Shown here piece by piece: positions 56,870 to 64,000 of a stretch of 64,000 bases of DNA; within the stretch, counting starts at the first letter, position 1; the number at the start of each line of letters is the position of its first letter. The notes beneath the pieces were generated by a model. The model had not been told where the DNA came from. It did not search any database and saw nothing but the letters and a program-made list of their open reading frames with translations. The position numbers and the translations under genes are program-made. Source of the stretch: an uncultured Acidobacteriota bacterium (GTDB lineage: Bacteria; Acidobacteriota; Vicinamibacteria; Vicinamibacterales; CAVVIG01); assembly GCA_963729215.1 (NCBI GenBank), contig CAVSND010000019.1, forward strand, positions 199,801 through 263,800, written 5' to 3'.

Positions 56870-58141
56870 GTGAAGCCTCGTGCATCGTTCTCGTTCGGGA
56901 TAGCTGTCCTGCTGCTGGCCGGTGCCGCTGTGCTCGCCCAGCGCCGTGACGTGTTCGTGGCATCGCGCGACCATCCGGCCATCGCCTACTCGCGCGGGCC
57001 CGTCGCCGATCCGGTGTTCCAACTGGAGCGACGCATCGAGGACGGCAGCGTTCGCCTGCAGTTCGACAAGCCCAACGGCTACCTGAAGTCGCTGCTGGCT
57101 GCACTCGACATCCCGATCGAATCGCAGTCGCTCGTCTTCTCCGAGACGAGCTTCGAGGCCAGGCTCATCAACCCCCGCAACCCCCGGTCGATTTTCTTCA
57201 ACGACTCGGTGTCGGTTGGATGGGTGCACGGCAGCGATGCGCTCGAGGTGGCCGCGCAGGATCCGACGCAGGGTGTCATCTTCTATACGCTGGCGCAGAC
57301 GCCCACCGGAACTCCCAAGCTGACGCGCGACAACAGCTGCCTGGCCTGTCACCTGTCGTGGGACACGCTCGGCGTGCCGGGCCTCTTCGTGATCAGCACG
57401 TTCCCGATGTCCGATGACAAGAACGCGTATGCGAACGGGTTCGTCGCGGACCATCGCAGTCCGTTGCCCGAACGCTGGGGTGGGTGGTATGTGACAGGGA
57501 AGCCTGGAGGGCCGCTGCGCCATATGGGCAACGTGCCGGTCATCGTCCACGGCAAAGTCGATCCGGAGGCGCGGCCGGCATCTCCCGTGCTCGCGTCGCT
57601 CGACGGTAAATTCGATCTCACGACTTACCTCTCACCGTATAGCGACATCGTTGCGCTGATGGTGCTCGAACACCAGACGCACATGACCAACCTGATCACA
57701 CGCCTCGGCTGGGAGGCGCGTCTTGCCGCGTCCGCGCGGGGGAATCCCGATGCGGCCGCACGGATGCGGGAGGCGGCGGACGACCTGGTGGACTACCTGC
57801 TGTTCGCGGAGGAAGCGCCCCTGGTCGGGAGCATCCGCGGTACTTCGGGTTTCGCCGAGAAGTTCGCCGCGCGGGGCCCTCGCGACAGCAAGGGGCGGTC
57901 TCTGCATCAGCTGGATCTCGATCGGCGGCTCATGCGGTATCCCTGCAGCTACATGATCTACACGCCCGCGTTCGACGCGCTGCCGGCCGACGCCAGGAAC
58001 GCGGTCTATCAGCGGATGTGGCAGGTGCTGTCCGGCAAGGACACGAACAAGAAGTACAGCACGCTCTCGCCAGCCGACCGGCAGGCCATCGTCGAAATCC
58101 TCAAAGAGACCAAGAAGGGTCTTCCCGCGTACTTTGGATAG
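56870..58141 (+). CDS. Exported hypothetical protein with a single CxxCH haem-binding motif
   Basis: GTG 56870 lies 1 nt after the previous stop. Signal peptide FGIAVLLLAGAAVLAQ. The only Cys pair forms SCLACH. 423 aa. I do not recognise a named family. Confidence 0.65.
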   Translation: MKPRASFSFGIAVLLLAGAAVLAQRRDVFVASRDHPAIAYSRGPVADPVFQLERRIEDGSVRLQFDKPNGYLKSLLAALDIPIESQSLVFSETSFEARLINPRNPRSIFFNDSVSVGWVHGSDALEVAAQDPTQGVIFYTLAQTPTGTPKLTRDNSCLACHLSWDTLGVPGLFVISTFPMSDDKNAYANGFVADHRSPLPERWGGWYVTGKPGGPLRHMGNVPVIVHGKVDPEARPASPVLASLDGKFDLTTYLSPYSDIVALMVLEHQTHMTNLITRLGWEARLAASARGNPDAAARMREAADDLVDYLLFAEEAPLVGSIRGTSGFAEKFAARGPRDSKGRSLHQLDLDRRLMRYPCSYMIYTPAFDALPADARNAVYQRMWQVLSGKDTNKKYSTLSPADRQAIVEILKETKKGLPAYFG

Positions 58142-58197
58142 ACGGCGCCCCATCTGCCGGGGAACCGAAGTCGTATAATCTGAAGACCTTAAGGGCC

Positions 58198-60565
58198 ATG
58201 CGAGCACTAGTCGGCCTCCTCGCGGCGACGCTCATCATGGGGGCCGCTCCTGCCGTCAGCACGCAGACAACCGCGGCCGATTCGCGTGGGGTGCTCACGC
58301 AGTACTGCTTCGCCTGCCACAACGACCGGCTCAAAACCGGCGGCTTGAGCCTGGAGCGGATGGATCTCACGTCCATTGGCGAATCCCCTGACGTGTGGGA
58401 GAAAGTTGTTCGGCGGCTGCGAACAGGCGCGATGCCGCCCGCGCCGTCGCGGCGTCCGGACCAGGCCACATACGACCGGTTGACGAGCTGGCTCGAGGGC
58501 GAACTGGACCGGGAGGCCGCCGCCCATCCCAATCCGGGCCGGCCCGCTGTTCATCGCCTGAACCGATCCGAATATGCCAATGCGATTCACGACCTGCTGG
58601 CTCTCGACGTCAATGTCGCGTCGCTGCTGCCGCCGGACGATTCGGCGTTCGGATTCGACAACGTCGCCGACGTGCTCGGTGTCTCGCCGGGTCCTGCTCG
58701 AGCGGTATCTGAATGCGGCGGACGAAATCAGCGCGCTTGCGGTGGGCGACCGGGATGTGAGCCCGGGCTCGGAGAGTTATCACGTCCGTCACGACCTGTC
58801 GCAGGACCAGCACATCGACGGCCTGCCGCTCGGAACGGTCGGCGGCACGCTCATTCGTCATACGTTTCCGCTCGACGCCACTTACGTCATTCAGGTGAAG
58901 TTGTTTCGAACGAACCTGAACGCGATTCGCGGGATCGAGTGGGAGCAGCAGCTGGAAATTTCCGTGGATGGACGGCGCGTACACCTGGCGTCAGTGGGTG
59001 GCGCCGCAGATCTGCTGCTGGTTGGACGGAATCCGACGGACGGGAGCGACGAAATCGAAACCCGGCTGCAGGTCCGCGTGCCAATCAAAGCCGGCCCCCG
59101 ATCGATCGGCGTGACGTTCATCCAGAAGTCCCCGGCACTTGGCACCGTGCGTCTGCAGCCGTACCTGCGGAGCTCGGCCGACACGTTCGAACAGACCGGG
59201 CGGCCGCACGTCCAGACCGTGAACATCCTCGGACCCTACGACATCACGGGTCCGGGCGACACGCCGAGCCGGCGGCGGATTTTCGTCTGCCGTCCCGCCA
59301 GCGCCAGAGACGAGCTCCCGTGCGCCCGGACGATTCTGTCGACGATCGCGCGGCGCGCTTACCGGCGGCCGCTTGCCAAGGGTGAAATCGAGCCGCTCAT
59401 GGTGTTCTTCGAAGCGGGCCGCCGCGAGGGCACTTTCGACACAGGCATTCAGCTGGCGCTCCAGCGCATCCTGGCGACGCCGAAATTCGTGTTCCGGATT
59501 GAGCAGGATCCGGCCGGCGCCGCCCCCGGCGAGGCGTATCGGATCGCGGATCTCGAGCTCGCGTCGCGCCTGTCTTTCTTCCTCTGGAGCAGCATTCCGG
59601 ACGACGAACTGCTGACGCTGGCGAGCCAGGGCAAGCTGAAGAACCCGCAGGTGCTCGAGCAGCAGGTGCGGCGGATGCTGGTCGATCCCCGGTCGCGCGC
59701 ACTGGTCGCCAACTTCGCCGGCCAGTGGCTGCAGGTGCGCAACCTGCGGAGCATGGCGCCCAACGCCAACGAGTTCCCCGATTTCGACGACAACCTCCGC
59801 CAGGCGTTCCAGCGCGAAACCGAGATGTTCTTCGAAAGCATCATGCGGGAGGATCGCGACGTCGTCGATCTGCTGACGGCGGACTACACCTTCCTGAACG
59901 AACGCCTGGCGATTCACTACGGCATTCCCGGCGTGCGGGGCGACCAGTTCCGCCGCGTGACGCTGACCGACGACGCGCGGAAGGGGCTGCTCGGGAAGGG
60001 CAGCATCCTGCTCGTGACCTCGCATGCCGACCGGACGTCTCCCGTGGTTCGCGGCAAGTGGATTCTCGAGAACCTGCTCGGCACGCCGCCGCCTGCGCCG
60101 CCGCAGGTCGTCCCGCCGCTGAAAGAGAACGAGGAAGGGGTCAAGCCGCTCACCTTGCGCGCGAAGATGGAAGAGCATCGCGCGAACCCGGTCTGCGCGA
60201 GCTGCCACAAGATGATGGACCCCATCGGATTCACCCTGGAGAACTTCGACGCCGTTGGGGCCTGGCGGGCGCGGGACGCGGGAGAGCCAATCGACGCGTC
60301 GGGGCAGTTCGTGGACGGGACCACCGTGGACGGCGTCGTCACGCTTCGGCACGCGCTGTTGCAACGTCCTGACGTCTTCGTGCGGACGATGACGCAGAAG
60401 ATGCTGACGTACGCGCTGGGACGCGGCGTCGAGGATTACGACATGCCCGCCGTCCGCGCCATCGTCCGCGACTCGGCGAAGCAGGACTATCGGTTTTCAT
60501 CGCTCGTGCTCGGGATCGTCAACAGCGCGCCGTTCCAGATGCGCATCAGCGGAGCCGCTCCTTAA
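58198..60565 (+). CDS. DUF1592/DUF1588/DUF1587/DUF1585/DUF1595-type multidomain protein with cytochrome-c-like CxxCH motifs (one frame change as assembled)
   Basis: ATG 58198 with a signal peptide. Motifs: YCFACHNDRLKTGGLSLE, LNRSEYANAIHDLL, FFLWSSIPDDELL, AGQWLQVRNL, TSPVVRGKWILENLLG, CASCHKMMDPIGF. ORF 58018..59385 joins ORF 58574..60565 as ...DVLGVSP/VLLERYLNAADEIS at the G3 run ~58689-58691. Confidence 0.8.
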
Positions 60566-60566
60566 C

Positions 60567-61883
60567 ATGTTCATCAGCAGACTCTCGTTGCCCCGCCGGA
60601 CGTTTCTCCACGGGATGGGAGCCGCGCTGGCGCTGCCGTTCCTCGAGGCCATGGTTCCGGCGTTCACGGCGATCGCGAAGACCGCGGCCAGCCCGCAGCG
60701 CCGCCTCGGGTTCGTGTACTTCCCGAACGGCGCCGTGATGGATCAGTGGATCCCCGCGCAGTCGGGCTCGAAGATCCAGCTGTCGCCGATTCTCAAGTGC
60801 CTCGAGCCCTACCAGGACTCGGTGGTCGTGGTGGGGAATCTGGCGCGCGCCGGCACGACGATTGGCGACCACGCGGTCGCGGCCGCCGGTTGGCTGACCG
60901 GCGTCTACGCGAAGCAGACAGAGGCGCAGGATGTGCGAGCCGGTGTGACGATCGATCAAATCGTCGCGAAGCGGATCGGCCAGGACACGCCGTTTCCGTC
61001 GCTTGAAGTCGCCACCGAGGATTTCACGGGTTTTGTGGGCGGGTGCACGCCGGGATTCAGTTGCGCCTACATGGACACGGTGTCGTGGGCGACGCCGACG
61101 ACGCCGCTGCCGATGGAAATCAACCCCCGCGTCGTCTTCGAACGCATGTTCGGCCGCCCGGGCACCGCCGAGCAGCGGCGCCGGCGCATGAAGCGGAACC
61201 AGAGCGTCCTCGATTCGATCGCCGACGATGCGAGCGCGCTGCAGCGTGATCTGGGCGCGCGGGACCGGTTGCGGTTGACCGAATACCTGGAATACATTCG
61301 CGAGATCGAACGCCGCATCCAGCGCACCGAAGCGCAGAACACGTCGAGTGTGACGACGATCGACGCCCCGCTCGGCATCCCGGAGTCGTTCGAGGAGCAC
61401 GTCGCGCTCATGTTCGACCTCCTGGCGGTGGCGTACCAGGCGGACATTACCCGCGTCTTCACGTTTATGATGTCGCGCGAAGCCAGCCAGCGGACGTATC
61501 CGCAGGTGAATGTGGACGAGCCCCATCACACCATCTCACACCACGCGAACGATCCCGAGAAGATGGCCAAGAACGCCCGCATCAATATTTTCCACGCGCA
61601 GCAGTTCGGCAGGTTCGTCGAGAAGCTGCACGCCACGCCGGACGGCGATGGCACGCTGCTCGATCACTCGCTGGTGTTCTACGGCGCGGGCATGGGGAAC
61701 GGCAACGCGCACGCGACCGACCCGTTGCCGCTCGTCGCCGTCGGCGGAGGTGTCGGAACAGGCAACCGGCATATCCTGCCGGCGCCCCGTACGCCGGTCG
61801 GCAATCTCTGGGTGGATATCGCGCACAAGTTTGATGCCCCGATCGACAGCCTCGGCGAGAGCACCGGACGCCTCGAACTGTGA
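60567..61883 (+). CDS. DUF1552 domain protein (usual partner of DUF1592 proteins)
   Basis: 438 aa, starting 1 nt after the previous stop. Tat-like N-terminus LPRRTFLHGMGAALALPFLEAM, typical of this family. Confidence 0.8.
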   Translation: MFISRLSLPRRTFLHGMGAALALPFLEAMVPAFTAIAKTAASPQRRLGFVYFPNGAVMDQWIPAQSGSKIQLSPILKCLEPYQDSVVVVGNLARAGTTIGDHAVAAAGWLTGVYAKQTEAQDVRAGVTIDQIVAKRIGQDTPFPSLEVATEDFTGFVGGCTPGFSCAYMDTVSWATPTTPLPMEINPRVVFERMFGRPGTAEQRRRRMKRNQSVLDSIADDASALQRDLGARDRLRLTEYLEYIREIERRIQRTEAQNTSSVTTIDAPLGIPESFEEHVALMFDLLAVAYQADITRVFTFMMSREASQRTYPQVNVDEPHHTISHHANDPEKMAKNARINIFHAQQFGRFVEKLHATPDGDGTLLDHSLVFYGAGMGNGNAHATDPLPLVAVGGGVGTGNRHILPAPRTPVGNLWVDIAHKFDAPIDSLGESTGRLEL

Positions 61884-63355
61884 TCGATCGAGCCAGGACC
61901 GTGCATACCTTACGTTTCGGCATACTCGCGCTGGCGATTGCGCTGCTGGCCCTGCCCGCGTCGGCGGCGCCTGCCACCGACATCAGGGCAATCGCTGACG
62001 TCAACGCGCGCGAAGTAGACGGGACGACGGCTTTGCATTGGGCCGTACGAGCTGACAACACGGTGGAAACCCGGCGCCTGCTGCGCGCGGGCGCGCGGCC
62101 CGATGTGAGCAACCGCTACGGGGTGACACCGCTGGCGCTGGCCGCCGCCAACGGAAACGCGGCGATCCTGAGTCTGTTGATTGCGGCCGGCGCCGATCCC
62201 AATGCGCCGTCGGCGCAGCACGAGCCCGTGCTGATGACGGCAGCGCGCTCGGGGAGCGTCGACGCCGTGCGGTGCCTGCTCGACCATGGCGCGGACGTGA
62301 ACGCGCGCGAGCCCTGGCAGGGAGAGACCGCGCTCATGTGGGCGGCGGGGGAGAATTACGCCGCCATCGCACAGCTGCTGATCCGGCACGGCGCGGACGT
62401 TGACGCACAATCCCGGATGCCGGAGTTCCCGCGTCCCCAGGCGGGCTTGACCGTCCTGCCTCGCGGCCGGTGGACGCCTTTGATGTATGCGGCGAGGCAG
62501 GGCGCGGTCGAGGCCACCCGCACGCTGGCGGAAGCCGGCGCGAACCTGGACCTGGCCGACCCCGACGGCACCACCGCGCTCGTACTCGCGATCATCAACG
62601 TGCACTACGACACCGCCGCCGCGCTCATCGAGGCTGGCGCCGATCCGAACCTGGCCGACACAACGGGGATGGCCGCACTGTATGCCGCCACAGACCTGAA
62701 CACGCTGCCCTGGATGTTCGGGCGGCCGGATCCCAGGCTCACCGATCGCCTGACGGGCGTGCAGATCGTCGACATGCTGCTTGCCTACGGCGCCGATCCG
62801 AACGCAAGGCTGAGGGCGCCCCTCATGCAGCGGCATCATACCGGCGGCGATCCGTCGCTCGGCGAGGGCGCCACGCCGTTCATGCGCGCGGCGAAGTCGG
62901 GAGACCTGCCGGTCATGCGCCTGCTGCTCAAGTACGGCGCCGACCCGAAGATCACCCAGAAGAATCACACGACGGCCCTGATGCTGGCGGCGGGCTTCGG
63001 GTGGCGCGACGGCAATGCCGCCATCCCGACGCGCGACCGCGGGACCATCAAGGACGCCATCGACGCGATGAAGATGTGCCTGGACGCCGGCGTGGACGTT
63101 CGCGCGGCCAACGATGCCGGCGACACGGTGCTCCATGCGGCTGCCACACGAGGATCCGACGTCATCATCCAGTTCCTCGCGGACAAGGGCGCCGACGTGC
63201 GGGCGAAAAACAAGCAGGGCCGGACGCCGCTGGACGCCGCGCGCGCGCGGCGCGGAGCGAGCGCGGTGCCGGCCGCCGTTGCCATTCTGCAGAAGCTGAC
63301 AGGGGAAGGGCCGGTCATTCCACCTCCGTCTGTTGAGCCATCGTCGCAGCCGTAG
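61880..63355 (+). CDS. Exported ankyrin-repeat protein
   Basis: GTG 61880 overlaps the previous stop (GTGA). Signal peptide ILALAIALLALPASAAPA. About 10 ANK-like repeats (GTTALHWAV, GVTPLALAAANGN, ETALMWAAGENY, WTPLMYAARQG, GTTALVLAI, ATPFMRAAKSGD, HTTALMLAAG, GDTVLHAAATRG, GRTPLDAA). Confidence 0.85.
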   Translation: MIDRARTVHTLRFGILALAIALLALPASAAPATDIRAIADVNAREVDGTTALHWAVRADNTVETRRLLRAGARPDVSNRYGVTPLALAAANGNAAILSLLIAAGADPNAPSAQHEPVLMTAARSGSVDAVRCLLDHGADVNAREPWQGETALMWAAGENYAAIAQLLIRHGADVDAQSRMPEFPRPQAGLTVLPRGRWTPLMYAARQGAVEATRTLAEAGANLDLADPDGTTALVLAIINVHYDTAAALIEAGADPNLADTTGMAALYAATDLNTLPWMFGRPDPRLTDRLTGVQIVDMLLAYGADPNARLRAPLMQRHHTGGDPSLGEGATPFMRAAKSGDLPVMRLLLKYGADPKITQKNHTTALMLAAGFGWRDGNAAIPTRDRGTIKDAIDAMKMCLDAGVDVRAANDAGDTVLHAAATRGSDVIIQFLADKGADVRAKNKQGRTPLDAARARRGASAVPAAVAILQKLTGEGPVIPPPSVEPSSQP

Positions 63356-63375
63356 GGCAGGCCTCAGGGCCTGCC
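63356..63375 (+). repeat. Single REP-type GC hairpin directly after a stop codon
   Basis: GGCAGGCC-TCAG-GGCCTGCC starts 1 nt after TAG 63353-63355. It is preceded by CGTAG as in the REP closing stem. Confidence 0.75.
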
Positions 63376-63391
63376 TCGTGAAGGAGACCTT

Positions 63392-63898
63392 ATGTCGAAA
63401 TGGATCGTTGGCCTGACGCTGGGTTTGTGTGTGACCGTGAGCGGCGCGGGGTTCGCGCAGGGCGCGGGCAAAACGTTGACCGAGAAGGATCGCGAGGACA
63501 TCCGTCAGCTCAGCGACAACTACGTCACGTATCTCGACGGCTGCAAGGCCGCGGAGTACGCCGGCCTGTTCGCCGCCGACGGCTCGTTCATCAGCGGGCC
63601 CCGCGGCACGATGACCGGCCGCGAAAAACTCGAGTCGCTGGTCACGAGCGAGCCGTTCTGCAAGCCGAACGCGCCGGCGCGAAGCAGCGCGTTGAGCCAC
63701 GCGTTCAGCAAAATCGTCATCGAGCCGACCGCCGATGGCGCTTCGGGCAAGGTGTACTTGCCCGGCCGCGAAGCGACCTCGAGCGGCGGCCACTACGAGG
63801 ACACCTACGTCAAGACTGCCGCGGGCTGGAAGTTCAAGACGCGGACGTATCTCTCGCCGAAAGAGGAAGCCGCGGTACAGTCGTCCCCTGTTAAGTAG
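63392..63898 (+). CDS. Secreted NTF2-like (SnoaL/DUF4440-type) protein
   Basis: 168 aa. AGGAGA precedes the ATG. Signal peptide GLTLGLCVTVSGAGFAQ. NTF2-like pattern (IRQLSDNYVTYLD...FAADGSF...HYEDTYVKTAAGWKFKTRTY). Confidence 0.65.
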   Translation: MSKWIVGLTLGLCVTVSGAGFAQGAGKTLTEKDREDIRQLSDNYVTYLDGCKAAEYAGLFAADGSFISGPRGTMTGREKLESLVTSEPFCKPNAPARSSALSHAFSKIVIEPTADGASGKVYLPGREATSSGGHYEDTYVKTAAGWKFKTRTYLSPKEEAAVQSSPVK

Positions 63899-63955
63899 CG
63901 TCTGCCTTCAGGCGGACGTTCGGGCAGGCTGAAGCCGCTTGCTGCGGCATTCGCG
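63895..63955 (-). repeat. REP-like double-hairpin element, inverted and degenerate copy C
   Basis: gtagcgtctgccttcaggcggacgttcg...ggctgaagcc...gcggcatt aligns with the reverse complement of copy A. The first hairpin is kept with one G-U-compatible change, and the second is degraded. Confidence 0.7.
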
Positions 63956-63969
63956 TTTAGGAGAGATCT

Positions 63970-64000
63970 ATGCGGAGATGGGCGCATCGCATGCTGTCTG
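63970..64000 (+). CDS. 5' end of an unidentified gene running off the window
   Basis: ATG 63970 is preceded by TAGGAGAG. Only 10 codons are visible. Confidence 0.3.
   Translation, partial: MRRWAHRMLS

Overview
This is a 64-kb high-GC bacterial chromosomal segment (roughly two-thirds G+C by eye, not computed). The gene content suggests a soil Acidobacteriota-like organism, which is inference only: carboxypeptidase-regulatory-domain TonB receptors, CRTAC1/ASPIC-UnbV FG-GAP proteins, a DUF1592/DUF1552 pair, NHL propellers and many signal-peptide proteins. I call about 55 protein-coding genes. They include a porin-urtABCDE urea-uptake operon behind a sigma-54-type promoter, prfC, yciH, an RluA-family pseudouridine synthase, malate synthase, GGT, a CDF exporter and an OFA-type MFS transporter. 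There are also several exported redox enzymes (two PQQ dehydrogenases, a VOC protein, a bicupin and a 2Fe-2S ferredoxin). I saw no rRNA, tRNA, CRISPR array, transposase, integrase or phage genes. Three things stand out. (1) A six-member family of secreted, apparently uncharacterised proteins carries invariant DRC...CHEGNY motifs. (2) Most longer intergenic spacers carry structured repeats: REP-like double hairpins with TTCA/TGAA loops, heptamer (STRR-like) tandem or palindromic tracts, GATC-rich nonamer tracts, and a 22-23-nt unit array that forms a ~235-nt palindrome beside a ferredoxin gene. (3) By my manual count, at least 23 frame changes interrupt 17 otherwise convincing genes, several of them at G/C homopolymers. 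This most likely reflects assembly indel errors rather than biology. All family assignments come from motif recognition by eye, not from database searches. Starts are often uncertain because stop codons are rare at this GC content.
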